A DNA stretch of 63,877 bases, filler included, from Lenisia limosa (GCA_001655205.1; 8 parts of 8 records of this genome joined end to end with filler, not necessarily neighbours in it); one strand, 5' to 3'; numbered from the whole stretch's first letter, positions 17,684 through 31,300 are shown. Made by a program: numbers and translations. Notes: generated from the sequence alone by a model not told the origin.

Positions 17684-19444
17684 TTAGACTTGTGCCTCAG
17701 CCCGGGGAGTGGGGTTTTCGGACGGAGGGAGTGGACACGAATATGGGTCGCAAGTGCTAAAAGGGTCACTACTTTGCTCTGGGCTTACATGGAAATTTCA
17801 ATGGGGGCAGATGGGACGAGGGTTGAGGGGCGAGAAGGGCTAAAGAAAATAAGGCAAATAAGTCCTCTGCTATTGTTTTAGACTATTGACTACGGAATAT
17901 TTATTTTGCTGTCCTTGACCTACGCAGGCTGGGCAATATCTTGAGAAATAATCAGAGGAGTCTAAGAAGTGAGGTTGAGATGGTTGAGATTAGTTAAAGA
18001 AAAGAAAGTGAGAAATGCCTCCATAAAATACGTACATCCCTTTACCGCAGTTGAAATTGCCTCATCCTGGGTAGCTGTTGCAGGTTCTATTAACGGGAAC
18101 ATTGCAAACTATATCAAGTTATGAGGACCATACTGATTTACTCACCCTTTTCCCCTTCAGGTCGTACATCAAAGTTGAATAGAAAAGAGCCACGAATATA
18201 ATAGAAAAGTATTCAAAGAGCGCTCCAATGTCTCTGATCATTCCAATAAACAAGAACTCTGCGAAGTTAACAGAATGACAAATCCTACGAAATACGGTTG
18301 CAATTAGAAGGGCTATAAAAGTGTAGTGACGAACAGCAATGCGCAAGGGTTGTTTGTTATTTCGAAACTCTAAAAAGATAAAAAAAAACAGAAGTAATCC
18401 TCTATTCAAATCCCCCAAACCAATCGGATAAACGAGACAATCAAGTCTCCAAATATAGAAGCAACAGACCTGGCATGATAAAGAGGGAGTATTCAGCTTA
18501 CCAGAAGAGAAAGAAAGAAGATGGTAGCTGCAACTGCGTGTATCTAGAAATGAAATATCCAAGAGTAACAAACAGCTTCCTCCTCATGAATGCGAAACGA
18601 GGCAACAGCAGTTCCTCCAAACCAAGAAAGTGTCCCATAAAATCGCAGACCATCACAGGCTCTGGATATCTTGAGTTGTGAGATATTTCAAGGGTGACAA
18701 ACATGACGGGAGTCTTCTTGATCAAAAGCATTCCGTGCTGCCGTTGAAGAATAGACAGACCTCAAGAGAAATGTCATGATTGAAAAGCATGTCGTAATAA
18801 TTGTAATTCCAAAGGTAAAGTACACATCCTACAGTAGTGAATTGCACTTTTCACCTCAGAAAATGAAAAGACCCATCTCAACCAAACCTGTGGTCTATGG
18901 CTTCCAGTATCGGAAACAAGAGGGAACACATACTCCTCTTGCCCTAAAAGCTATAACAACCCCAAGTACTAAAATTAATTGATTTGGAAAATGTAAATTT
19001 GTTTTGGGTGCTTTTTCAAAAAAAACAAAAAATATACTATATCAATATAACCCAAAAAAAACTACTAAGAGCAAACCTGAAGTTGTTGCATATATGTAGC
19101 AAAAGACGATGACCGCAACTCCCAGAAATATCGACCCAATAGGCAAGTGCTAAAAGGTCATAAAAGAAGCAGTCCAACCGAAGGGCTGAAAGGTCTGAGC
19201 CCTTTTGTGCAACAGGAGACTAACCACCACATGGGAGATGTTCTATTATATTCACCAGCTTTAATTTAATTAACAACTAAGAAAGCATGGGGTCAGGGAA
19301 AAAGAGGGAAAGCGGGANNNNNNNNNNNNNNNNNNNNNNNNNNNNNNNNNNNNNNNNNNNNNNNNNNNNNNNNNNNNNNNNNNNNNNNNNNNNNNNNNNN
19401 NNNNNNNNNTCTATATCTCTGAACGAAGCTGAGAAGGGCTGCAT
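17684..19444 (-). CDS. Hypothetical multi-pass membrane protein, multi-exon
   Basis: Hydrophobic exons (IGSIFLGVAVIVFCYIYATT; IHAVAATIFFLSLL; FLFIGMIRDIGALFEYFSIIFVALFYSTLMYDLK) with GT/AG ends. The start is uncertain because of an N gap at 19318-19410. Confidence 0.4.
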
Positions 19445-19679
19445 GAGAGGCCTCACGGTTTGTGCGTTTTATATTGAAAAGAGATACCCGGGGCTCCCTA
19501 TAGTTAGTTGCTTCCTCCCCAGCCTCTTTCCCAACTCTTTCCCATTAAACACCGCTATACTCAATATAACTCACACTATAACCTCCTCTGAATTAACGAC
19601 TAATTAAAACCTATCGAAATAATCGAACTCTTCCCTACAGCGAGAAGAGTTGCCCCGCTAGTCCGTCTGAAAGTGGAAA

Positions 19680-22600
19680 ATGGAACTCTTCTCCCGCCCC
19701 CAGAGGGCGGCAATATTCGATCTTGTCTACACTGCTGCGACCTCNNNNNNNNNNNNNNNNNNNNNNNNNNNNNNNNNNNNNNNNNNNNNNNNNNNNNNNN
19801 NNNNNNNNNNNNNNNNNNNNNNNNNCACATTCCCAAAGACTGTTTATTACTCATACCTGATAGGGTTTGTTCTTCCCACCAGCCGCGCCACCCTAGATGA
19901 GCCTGAGGAGAATTCTGGAAGGAGGGGGGAGGAAGGCATCTTCAACCCGGTAGGAAATTGGGCCTCTTTTTGGCTTACTTAATGTAGCTTGGTGATGATA
20001 TCAAGAGAGAAACAGAAGAGTTTGGAGGGGGACATCTTGCTATTGACTGTGGTAACGTTTTAGAACAAAACAAAAAGATGTAGGTGTTTCAGAAAATGAA
20101 GAGGCTCAGGAACAAAATGAGGAGGTTGAAGAGCAAAAGGAAGAAATTCATCAAGAGGAGGAAACCGAAAAGAAGGAATCCAACGAAGAAGAATTGGAGG
20201 CTCTTGAAGCCGAGGAAAAGAAAAGGGCTGAACAAGCTCAAGGTCTGTTTGTTTGGGACTTGAAGCTTCTCAACTTGAACCTCAAATGACCATCTTAGTT
20301 TCATTTGCCCGTATCACTGCGGCAGTCCAAGAGGTTGTTGAAGACCTTGCCATTGAGGATGATGATGAAAAATGGTGAGAGATTATTGCAAAACAAAGTT
20401 TTGTTCTTTATTATTCATACTGACAGGTGTGCTGGAGAAGATTGCATTGATATTCTTCTGCCTCTTCGCAAAGCCCAAACTATTCACTTCAAAGATGGCA
20501 AGCCAAAGTTAACAAGGAAACAAGTATGTAATTCTACGATATCCCTCCCCCTCCCTATAGTGAGCTTTGCCCATAACCAGGCACTAAAGCGGAAGATTTC
20601 TTGACTGTTGAAGAATAGGCCTTCAATAAAGGGATTTATGTTTATTAGTCGTTTTTTATGATAGCCCTGAACTCAAATTTGAAAAAGGAGGAAAAGAGGT
20701 AAACGTATTGTAAATCGCGCTCAATTGACACACAAAATAAACAATACTGTGCTTCGGATATCAGAGACAACATTCCTACTTCAAACGCAGATATTAACAC
20801 ATCCAGGCTAAGCAGCTCCGTAAGAACGCAAAGAAGGTGGCAAAGGCGGCTCGTGAGAAGCGAAACGGCAAACCTGACCAGGCTGGCGCCGTATCGGAGG
20901 AAGACCAGTCGGATGAAGAGAAAGGTGGGCATTCAAGGAAATGTGCTGTCTTTTTATTGAATAGTTGAGCTCTCCAAAAAAGAGAAGAAGAAGGTTGAAA
21001 AGGACCAAGATAAGGAATTCAAGGCTCGGAAGAAAGAATTAAAGGAACTAAAGGTTTGTGCCGTTGGTAACAGCAAGTAACATATTAGCAACAAACACTG
21101 AAACCGATTGCGCGAAAAGTCGGGACACCGGTCTCCAACTGGTACTTTGAGCTCTTCAGCGAGGAAAGGTTGGAGGGGATTGGCCTTCATCATCCCCGCC
21201 TTGGTGAAGTTGGAATCAATTGACTTATTTCTAGGATGGCAGCCCCAATGTCCGTTGGCATCACTCGAAGAGAGCAGTTGAAAGACGAATGGGCCGACCA
21301 TGGAGGCTTCTGGGCAATGAAGCTTGGCAGACTGGACCCTGATGAGGTATTGCTTTCACCATGTGATGTCTTCGGCCTGATCAACCTTATATTATTATTA
21401 TTATATTTTAAACAGCATAAGTATTTTTATTATTATTGTAATATCAAAACACACAGAAAGGAATAATCCGTCAGGTCTCTACGGATTCCGAGGACGAATA
21501 TGATCCACTTGTCGTTTCCAGTAGCACATGGGCTGTGGATGAATCCGACCCCATGATCAAGCAAAAGGTTTGCGAGATAATATTGTTGGTCATACAATAT
21601 GTTTAGTAGTTCAAAAGAGAAAATAATTTCTTGAAAGACTAAAGTTATATAAACATTTCCCATTTTCTAAAACAACATTTGTTCACCCCCCGCCCCCGCA
21701 GGAAGAAGATGAGATTATGAAATCGCAGCGCTTGGCCGAACAAGCTCAAAATGACACTGTCCGTTCACTTTACAAGAAGGTAAGTTGCAGCTTATTTCTC
21801 ATTTCTTGTTATGTATCTCATGAATTCAGATTTTCTTCCGCAACCGACAAATGGACATGTCCCTTGCCAACTTCTCGGAGTGGAGTCAGCCCCTCTTCTC
21901 TCACGTCGGCGCCGCAGTCAATGCTGTCAAGGATGAGGGTGTGTGGCATTGGGTCTTGGAAAACAGAATTTATTATAGGATAGAGTTCATGATGATTATG
22001 AATACATACAAGCCCGAAGTGGTATCGCATCAGTGTATACCAAGGCTCCTTATCTTTCAGAGCCTAAGAGTGACGACGACGAAGAAATGGACGCGCTGGC
22101 CGCCCAACTTGGCGTGAAGGACTTCAGCAGTGGTGGACTCAGGAAGAAAACCTGGAAACTGAAGAGGAAAGACAGTCGTGCCGGCCTTCCTGTTATGGTA
22201 AGTCAGAAGAGGGGATGCTCTTTAAATTAGATATCATTTACGGATTTAGACAGAGGAAGATGAGGACGACGACACGCCAAAATCTGAATCTGACATTTAT
22301 TCCGCAAACATCTTGTCAAAGAAAGAGAACCAAATTGAACTGAAACCGTTCCCCAGAAGAATGAGTGGAGCAAAGCATTCTCTCCCTGTAAGATATTGAC
22401 TGGCTTTGTTTTCGACAATAAATTCCTCTGACTATCAGGCCCCCCCTCGCCGGCGTTCTTTGCCGCAGCCTCCGTCACGGGATGAGAGTGCGTCCAGCCT
22501 TTCCGACCTCAACAACTCTGACATCCCTGAAGAGGTGAGAGGTGCCATCCCACCACTGCTCTTCCCAAAAGAAAACGCTTGAATTCTATTCCGCTGTAGA

Positions 22601-25600
22601 GTCACGTTTGCTCACCCCCCCTCCCGCAGGCTGACATAGCCCTTGGGAAAGCGATCGAAGTCGGCGCCAAGGCTGTTCGTATCCTGGAGTCCACAGAGGT
22701 ATGTCTGTTTTAAGAGGGGTTCCATCTGTGCTGTGTTTGATCACTGTAGGAAGTTCAGGAGAAACTTGGGCTTAATATTACGGCTGAGTCTATCGGAGGT
22801 TTGCGGTAACAACAGACCCAATTTGTCTCATCTTTGATCAATATCAACGTTTCATCGGACTTATTAATGAAATGAAGCATGACGATTTATTATGTTGTAG
22901 ACAGCATCAGCGGCAAGGCCATTGATAAGGTTGTGTCGAAGGCTCCACTCGGCGGCACTCGTCTCGGGGCCAAGGCAAGCTCGTTGACCAAGGGCATGGC
23001 TTCTGGAATGGTGACGTGTGTTGGGCTTTCTTTCACCCTGTTTCTGGTCATGCTGACCCTCCAGTAAGGGTGTGGACAACATTTTGACTGCTAATGACAA
23101 CGGTTCAATGTGCGTTTTGCAGGCCCCTAGGAAACTCCTGAAGGTTTGCCTCCGCTCACTTTCGGTTAATCATGTTTCATAATCAAGTATGATGATATAG
23201 AAGATGTTGTTTCTTCTTTTTGGCAAAATATCTACTTCACCGGTCTTTTGAAGACCACAGTTTACTTTGTAGCCCCCTCCCGGCCTTCCTGAGGCAATCA
23301 AAGAGCAGCTCCGCCTTTTCGTGTTGGTTTTGGGATTTAGTTAACAGTGTTCACCATTGCAGCACTCCAGAAGATCGTTGGATGGCCATGGTTGAGATCA
23401 CCAGAATGCTTACCGTGGATTTCAGCACGGCGTATTCAGAGTTTGAAAGGTTCGTCCATATTCATGTTTTGTTTTGGGAAAAGGTTATGGACTTTTTGAT
23501 TGTGTTGATAAATATCTATTATTTAGAAGAGTTTGACGTTCAGAGAGAAAACCGATGAAGAAGAAGCCATCGCAGTGAAAACGACTTACGACGCGCGAAC
23601 CCGTGCCCTTTTGGAGATTCTAGCATCCTGGCTCGGAATCGAATGGGGTGGGAGGAGCCACTTGACTGTCTTTGAAAATGGTCCGTTTTAACGCAATCAG
23701 CCCGTGTGATGCACTGCGAAAATGCCCTTGCCACGGTCGCAGCCAGCACTGTTGTTCCTGAAATGGAGGATACTAATAAGGCCACTAAGGGCCGGACCTG
23801 GAAGATCAGTATGCGTTCAACACGGGAGAAATACAATTTCGAAGGTGTAACAATTGCCAAGAGAAAAAAAAAAAAGAGATTAAACCATTTTAGTTTTGGC
23901 AGCTGCAGTTGGAGGGGTGTCCATCGGAATCACAGGTGGCATTGCAGGTATGTTCAAAGATTTTAATATGCTCTGCAATGAAAGAAGCTGACCGATTTAG
24001 CCCCAATTGTTGTGTCGACCTTTGGGATGATCACCAGTAGCACTGCCGCAGCCGCAGCCGCGTCCACCGTCAGGTCAGTTACAATGCCATGTTGATTTAA
24101 CTCTTCAGTGGTACGAGTGCAGCCGTTATTGGGTCGGTGGTTGGAGGAGTCAGTGGAGGCACGTTTGCCGGGGTCAAGAGGGCCTCTGCTTTGGCCGGTG
24201 TCAAGGGCTTCGAGCTTGGTTGGTTGCAAAATGGCATTGGCCCTGTGTAACACTGTAGTTCCAATTGGCGGTCCCGGCCTGGCCATTCACATCTGTATTC
24301 CTGGCTTCTTTGACGAAGTTGTCACAAATGACGTGGGGGGGGGGGGNNNNNNNNNNNNNNNNNNNNNNNNNNNNNNNNNNNNNNNNNNNNNNNNNNNNNN
24401 NNNNNNNNNNNNNNNNNNNNNNNNNNNNNNNNNNNNNNNNNNNNNNNNNATGAGGACGATCTCGGATCTGAGTCTGACACGTCTTCGGTTGGTCCGACGG
24501 TTCCCTCTACTCCCCCCAACTCGGCATCTCCAATGGTGGGCAATATCACATTACTCTTGTGGCTCTTGGCGAAAGTTAAATTTCAGAAGAAGCAGGTTCG
24601 GCCGCGTCAACTCAGCGCCAACCCGGATGAAATCCGAACACGAAAGGAAAAGAAGGAAATGGAAAAACTTGGACGTAAGGAAGCAAGACGACGTACTTAT
24701 CCTTTAGCTTCACCCTTCACACGGTGGTGGTCTGCCAAACTCGAGTCATCAACTTCAGCTCGGTCTGTGCCGGAACTAGAGAGTTCGTCTCTTTCTTCGA
24801 AGCCTGGTACCCCGTAAGCAATGTGGTGTTTCAAGGGTTAGATTTTCCCTTGTAGTTCAGTTCCATTTGCTGGTGAATCCCTTTAAATCTTACCCATCAG
24901 TGGACGGTCGTTCTTCAGTCGCATGCTGCCGCCGCCTCCCTGTGAAGAAATGGTCATTGAGTGGGAAGACGACCGACTCAGCCACATCGCCAAAAGTGGG
25001 CTTGAACTATTCGTGATGTTGGTTTACTGTTTAGCTGTTCGCAAGTCACTTGACGGTAATAAGAGGGAAGTCACCGCCGGACATATTGCTAAGCAGGCCG
25101 GAAAAGTTATTGGCGGCGCCTTTTTGATGAGTGCTGGAATAATTGACCCCTCGGCTGAGAATGGTGAGGAGGACGGGGGGGGGGGNNNNNNNNNNNNNNN
25201 NNNNNNNNNNNNNNNNNNNNNNNNNNNNNNNNNNNNNNNNNNNNNNNNNNNNNNNNNNNNNNNGTTTAGCCGATTCGCCGAAGACTCTTGCACAGGTCAT
25301 GCGGCCGATGTGGTCTCTCGGGTGTGACAGGTGAGTTTTTCCTTGATCTGTGTGGTAAACCAGAACTGTGGTGACCCCCTCTTGATTCCTGTCTTGGCTT
25401 TTGACTCCGTAGAGCGGACAAAGCCGGACTGGTTTTGGCTGATTTGCTGATTGCAGCGAGACGCGAGGGTGAGGCACGTCCCTTCTCATTAACAGGTAGT
25501 TTCCTCACCCAACATTCTGTTTACCCCCAGGCTTCTCCCTTGGCGCCCGTGTGATTTTCTCCTGTCTTCAGGCTCTCTCAGCTGCCGGCCGTGCCGGGCT

Positions 25601-26194
25601 CGGAATTGTCCATGAGGTGAGTCTTTCATTTCTGTGTCAAGCACATCCTTTACTCATTCTTTTCAAAGGTGATCCTCATGGGAGCCCCAGTACCCAGTGA
25701 CCTGAAACTCTGGAAGCAAGCTCGAGAGGTTGTCTGTGGACGACTCATCAACGCCTACAGGTACGTCTGTTTCAACTGATGAGCATCATACCTGCCGAAC
25801 CTTCTGAGATGTCTTGAGCTTATTATCCAGCCGTCAAGACTGGGTGTTGTCAGTGGTTCACTCAGCCTGGGCTGGTGACAAGGGTGGCATGCTGGAGGAC
25901 AACTTTGACATGGTGACGGGCAGTATTGCAGGCCTTGTTCCTGTTGTCGACGTTGATGGAAATGGTTTGTGGGCTTTGTGTATTGTCGGTTCCAGACGTA
26001 AATGCTTGGACTAATACAAGAATCCACAAAACAAACTTACCTTTTAGAAATTGGAGTGACGAACGTTGATGTGACTGTTGACATCACCAACCATATTCAC
26101 TATGGAACTCATGTTTTCGAACTCATGCAACAGGTTCGTTCATATAGACGTTTCCCTTGTCTCACTTTCACAGCTTCGCGTTGGCCGAACCTGA
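19680..26194 (+). CDS. DUF726/TMCO4 (Mil1-like) alpha/beta-hydrolase-fold protein with long acidic/Lys-rich N-terminal region, multi-exon
   Basis: Family motifs YDARTRALLEILASWL, AAVGGVSIGITGGIAPIV, LAIHICIPGF, WEDDRL, GLVLADLL..RPFSLT|GFSLGARVIFSCLQAL (GxSxG), VILMGAP..WKQAREVVCGRLINAYSRQDWVL and NVDVT..HIHY. TGA stop at 26192-26194. Continuity of the N-terminal half (19680-23500) with the hydrolase half is inferred. Confidence 0.8.
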
Positions 26195-26259
26195 GGACTT
26201 ATCGGTATCTTTCTTGATCTTTCTTGCAAATGTTCTGTAGTTTTAGTATTTATCTTGTC

Positions 26260-27831
26260 TTATACGGGCGTTGTTGACTGAAATAATACCATCAATACCA
26301 TAACAGAGGAAACGAGTCTAATCAAACCTGAATAGTTTAGGTGAAAGACTGGTTTGCCATCCCACTTAAGAATAACGGGTTCGAGCTGTTCATTTGAAAA
26401 GATCAGTCCATGTAACCTCTGGTCATATTCGTCCATTGGAACAGTGTTTGGTGAATCTGATACACCAACAACCTGGGTGGAAAGGCCAATTCCTGAAAAG
26501 TCACACCCCACTGATGCTGGTATGAAGTTAAATAAACAATATCACAGAACCAATCACCGATCAATTTGAGGTTCGGGTTGGCTTCCATTGCTCTTTGAAT
26601 ATACCGATCATAAAACCTGGCAGTATGAAGAAAAACAGGCAAGGTAGTCACAAAAAAGAATGTTTATTCCGGTGCTGAATCAAATCTCCTCTGATCATTT
26701 TTAAATACAAAAAAAAACAAAATTTAATCGCAAATATCATATGTATAATACATCTTTTGACTGAGATCAGGCTCTGACATCACCTATCATATCATTTGTG
26801 CTCGCCACCCTACCCTCTTCCATGGCCAAGCCTGCCCGCATAATGGTCAAACCCGACACCAGGAACCAGTATAAGGTCAAGGGGCAAATCATTCAGTGCT
26901 GAACGTGTCAAAATTACTCATCATCACTTTACACCTTTGCCCCAGTTCCACACCTTTTTTCCTTCCTTCTGACTTGAGCGGTTCAGGAATGTTCCAAATA
27001 TTTCGCCCCAAACTATCGAAATCGTCTAAAGACTGCACAAGCTACAAGGGTTATCAATGATACGCTAGGATGAAATTAAACTGCTTCTCTTTCACAAAGG
27101 CTTGGGGTACAATGTAGTGTTATTGGGGGGGGGGGGGGCTTTTGGANNNNNNNNNNNNNNNNNNNNNNNNNNNNNNNNNNNNNNNNNNNNNNNNNNNNNN
27201 NNNNNNNNNNNNNNNNNNNNNNNNNNNNNNNNNNNNNNNNNNNNNNNNNNNNNNNNNNNNNNNNNNNNNNNNNNNNNNNNNNNNNNNNNNTATTCAATAA
27301 TATATAGATGTATGTAAAAATGCTTGTAAAAATTTTAAACACTTCAAGCAGCACTGCCAACCTTCTCCTCTTGGAAACATAAATCGTAAATAGGCCGGGT
27401 ATCTAGTTCTCTGTTTGGATGAGTAGCAAAGCAGGCAACATGCTTGGCCTGGAGAAACTCCGGAAGAGCTTTCAAAGCCGACAGAACAACGGAACCTTGA
27501 TGATTATGCGCGTCAAATATCTTCATACCGAAGAAGGTAACGAAATAATAGCGTTTTTACCATATCGGTGTGCCTCGTCTTCTGATCACCACCTACTTTC
27601 AGCAGAAATCTGACTTGAAGAAAGGCTCTCAACCTTTATATGTAAGTAAGCTGGTGAATCATAGCAAGGCTAGCTAGAACCTTATTTTCATTAAGAGGAA
27701 ACCCCAACCTCCCTTCAAGATACCGCAGATGTGACTTCATTTCCCAGATACCTTTTTGGTGAGAATTTGACGGAGTTCGTGCTTTGACATCAGGAAACAG
27801 GCCTTGAGCATAAACTGCCACCTGGCTGGAC
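26260..27831 (-). CDS. MTHFS: 5-formyltetrahydrofolate cyclo-ligase (methenyl-THF synthetase), multi-exon; possible upstream exon lost at the contig end
   Basis: Spliced: MSKHELRQILTKK|VESLSSSQISAES..EFLQAKHVACFATHPNRELDTRPIYDLCFQEEK..WNIPEP..LDLILVPGVGFDHYAGRLGHGRG|FYDRYIQ..IGIGLSTQVV..VPMDEYDQRLHGLI. This has the DLxxVPGxxFD..RLGxGxGxYD signature. Candidate ATG at 27790. Confidence 0.9.
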
Positions 27832-27845
27832 TGCGGGGGGGGGGG

Positions 27846-27945
27846 NNNNNNNNNNNNNNNNNNNNNNNNNNNNNNNNNNNNNNNNNNNNTTAATTAATTA
27901 ANNNNNNNNNNNNNNNNNNNNNNNNNNNNNNNNNNNNNNNNNNNN
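27846..27945. other. Artificial contig-joining spacer (44 N + TTAATTAATTAA + 44 N); identical spacers at 31794-31893, 50514-50613, 55141-55240, 58756-58855, 59959-60058, 62359-62458
   Basis: Exactly 100 bp each, with a palindromic 12-mer giving stops in all six frames. Genes are truncated at these points (MTHFS, SPT6, DIS3L2, UBA2). Confidence 0.97.
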
Positions 27946-28370
27946 ATATTCTATGATGACGATCAAGCCTCTTTGCAAAAAAATTCTAAGACTATTCCGG
28001 CCCTTTTCAACTCACGCCTCACTTTTGCAGACACAGGTGACAAAAAGAAACAGTCCGACAAAGAGAGGGAAAAGTTTTACGAGACCAGACGGGCGATTCA
28101 GCAGGAGAGGAACGACAAATATCAGCAGAATTTGACTCGTTACCAGAAAGCTCAGCAGATTGGCGACTTGACTGTTCCCATGTGAGTTGAATGGCGAATT
28201 TACATTCTTGGAAATCGGTACTATGCGAACCTTGTGTACCTCTAATATATGTATTATTTCTCTTGTTTCAAAAAAACAAAACCCCAATTCCATCATTTCA
28301 ACAGGCCACGGCCAGAACCCCCAGTTGACATGACTCTGCCGCCCCATCTCTTGATGAATCAAAAAGTGAG
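27946..28370 (+). CDS. Fragment of hypothetical coiled-coil protein
   Basis: Exon DTGDKKKQSDKEREKFYETRRAIQQERNDKYQQNLTRYQKAQQIGDLTVP with a GT donor, then a Pro-rich exon. Begins at a contig start. Confidence 0.35.
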
Positions 28371-28413
28371 TGTCTTGCCCCCTCCCCCCTTTTTTTTTTT
28401 GATAACAATACTA

Positions 28414-28514
28414 TAGGGACTCCACTTCGGTTTGGAAAAAGACTGAAATTCTCGATAAATCCTTGAAAACTATCGATATTTTACCAGACTTCTTCGAACC
28501 AAAGTGAAGTTATA
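28414..28514. mobile_element. MITE family A copy, diverged
   Basis: tagggactccacttcggtttggaaaaa...ttcgaaccaaagtgaagttata with the same internal ctcgataaatcc/aactatcgatatttt core. Confidence 0.75.
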
Positions 28515-28698
28515 AATACAATATGACGTTATCTTGGGGTCCAAACCAAGACATAGAGATCTTAAACAGAAGCACGTTTGTGTGTTTATTCCCTTAAAAA
28601 TAGAGCTTTTGTGGTTTTATGGTAATACAATTGAAAATTGTTGAAAAACAAACCTCCAAATTCAACCCTCGTCTGAGCTCAAAGTGATATGTTACCAG

Positions 28699-28794
28699 TT
28701 GGGCTTCACCTGGATTCGAAAAAACCCGGTAAAATATCGATAATTTCGAAGATTTATCGAGAAATTCTTTCTTTTTCGCAGAAGTGAAGCCCTA
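28699..28794. mobile_element. MITE family A copy
   Basis: gggcttcacctggattcgaaaaaa...gatttatcgagaaatt...gaagtgaagcccta. Confidence 0.8.
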
Positions 28795-29128
28795 ATTGCC
28801 AAATATGACATGCCTTTCGGTTTCCTAACATTTCCACATGTTTTTGATATTCACACTCTAGGAAATCACCAATGCTGATTTAGAAATGCATTTTAAGGTT
28901 AGTGGGGGGTTCTGAGTACTATATTGAAACACCGGAATTTTATTGATATTTCTTAGTGTTTATCGAAATTCGGAATATTTGTAGCCATAAGGAAATCAAT
29001 AGTGTTTTTCTAATTTATTCCAATATCGCTTAAAGCGTAATGGAAGCTTCGGCCAGTTCCATCATTTCCACAAAGATATGTAATACCCATTACCCATGAT
29101 ACCGTACCCATTTCAAACCGGTTTCTGA

Positions 29129-31300
29129 TCAGAATAGGTTCATATTCAAACCCCAGAAGCCACGAGTCATCAAAAGAAGAAAATGCTCAAAATCGGTGTG
29201 AGGAACATTATTTTCTTCTTGATTCAGTTTGATTACCTCTTTTTGACCATTTTTCTCTTTTTTTCTTTTTTTGTGATTTTGGTGCGGACAACTAAAACGG
29301 CTTTTTCGGAGGGAAGTTTGTAACCAAACTAGGGTCCTCAAAAATCGCCCCCTTCACTTTCTCTGAAATGGATCAAGGGATTTTGTATGAGATAACACCT
29401 AAGCTTAAACCAACAACTGGCAGAGGTAGCCCAAATTAGGAGCATGGCATATTACAGTTCGACTGTAAGGGCACTTACACTCTGCCATCCTGGTACCCTT
29501 GCTGGTCCGCAGGGTCTCCAACGCCTGAAGCTCAGAGGTCAGGACGTGGGAGACTTCGTGGAGGTTATGGGGCTGGCGCCATAGTTGTTTCAGAATAGGT
29601 ACCAGAAAAGAGGCTATGTTTGTGGAAGTTCAGGAACATTATTAATGGACAAGGACATCACACCACTCCTCACCTGGTTTGTTCCTCCAGGCCCAATGCG
29701 TACACTCCCGTCGGTCTTGGAAACGTCAAAAATAACAAACTCATATCCCCATACTCGGAAATGCTCTCTAACAGCTTGAGCTCGCACCAAAACAACCCCA
29801 AAAGAACCTGTTGGCAATGTATTTGACAAACACAAGAGTTGTTTTTTTTTGCTTATGCATAATCTCTTCCTTCTGACGCTACAGAAGAGTACCTTCTGGA
29901 CAACTGTCGAGATGCGCTCTGTGACATAGCGTCTCAGGGTGTTGGGTGGACGTAAATTCCAAGATGGACAAGCATTTCAATTGGTTGTTTTTTCAACAAC
30001 CTACTTGGAGAGCATGGTGATCGTGTTAATGAAGGGCAACAGATTATCCTCGGGGTGTGGATGTTTGCCTCGTGACGAGGTCTTCGCACCGCTCTTCAGA
30101 CTCCAAAGAAAAGTAGCCATTTCTCGTTTGGGGGCTCCTCGGCGTCCATTACTGTGCCAAAATAGAAAAAGAGGAGTAAGGTGTTTTGAAATCCATGAAG
30201 TGAAGAGATAGCAATGACTGAGATATGAGAATATGGAAAAAGTTCAACTGGTGAAAACGGGTGCTTTATTGCACGCTTTGAGAGACTATCACTAGTGAAG
30301 TCCTTGTATGTATTATCTTGCTCCTATAAATGAATTATGCCCCCCTTTTTTATTAGACTCCCTCCCCCCTTCTTATTAGTATTGACTGAGCAATACTTTA
30401 AAGAGTCTTTTCCATGTTTTTTTTGCTGTTTCAATCCTTATAATGTCTTTTGTTTGTTTGTATTGTGTGTGCGTGTTTTTTTTACTGACTGTTTACCACC
30501 AAGGCCCGACACTTTCCTTCTGGTGCTTCCATGCCGGCATAGGCATTCACAATCTCCTTAGCTCTAACAATGTCAGAGCTCTTGTAGGGGGGGGGGGGAT
30601 AAGGGGGGGCATATGCATGGGCACATGTACCTTTGGTCTTTAGAAGGGATACTAAAGGGTCACATAGTGTGATGAAATAGACCAGGAAAAAACAGATGGT
30701 TTTAGAGGATCCAGAAATTTGGTCTTTTTTCGTACCGAAGTAAACCGCTGAAATGTACCAAAAAAAAATGAGGTGCGATGTATTTCTATGCATTTTTCGT
30801 ATTCCTTGCGATTCTCCAAATTATTACAAGGTTTTTTGGTTTGTTATATATTAACCAAAAATAGATAAATGCTTCTACTAAGTCATTTATATTTTATTAT
30901 TTTTTTTCTTCCAATCCAGTTTGTTGGATTTTATTGCTCTAAAAAAGCAGGTCCTGACGAGTGGGACGCTCTCGCCTCTTTCGTCATTTGAGTCCGAATT
31001 CTCGCTGTAGGTATTGGGCAAAGACAACTTAAAAAGGATAGTAGGCTAATTCGTTTTTCTTTCCCTACACTTGTGAAAGGGTGTTTGCGAGTGGGTTTCA
31101 GCATTGTCTTTTTTTTATCCCAATACCCTTATGATATGGTGCATTCGCTGATAATTTATCTGAATAGGCACTGCTTTGCAGTTTCCTACACCCTTTGATT
31201 ATTTTCGTATTTTATTCAGTAATTATGTCTTTACTCTGTTAGGCAATTTCCCCATCAAATTGAAGGCAGTCACGTTGTACAGAAAGAGCAGGTATTTTTA
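29129..31300 (-). CDS. Hypothetical protein, multi-exon (extent uncertain)
   Basis: Protein-like exons with splice signals (SSDIVRAKEIVNAYAGMEAPEGKCRALV; REHFRVWGYEFVIFDVSKTDGSVRIGPGGTNQ; SFLVPILKQLWRQPHNLHEVSHVLTSELQALETLRTSK) and a last exon ending ..GLNMNLF TGA at 29129. No family recognised. Confidence 0.4.

Noticed and set aside
26403-26651. ORF resembling a leucine carboxyl/O-methyltransferase (TARFYDRYIQ..)
   Set aside because: With splicing it continues the MTHFS signature RLGHGRG-FYDRY.
27890-27901. Palindromic TTAATTAATTAA repeated seven times between N runs (looks like a conserved site or array)
   Set aside because: It is always centred in an exact 100-bp N spacer and gives six-frame stops. 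It is a contig-concatenation linker, not biology.
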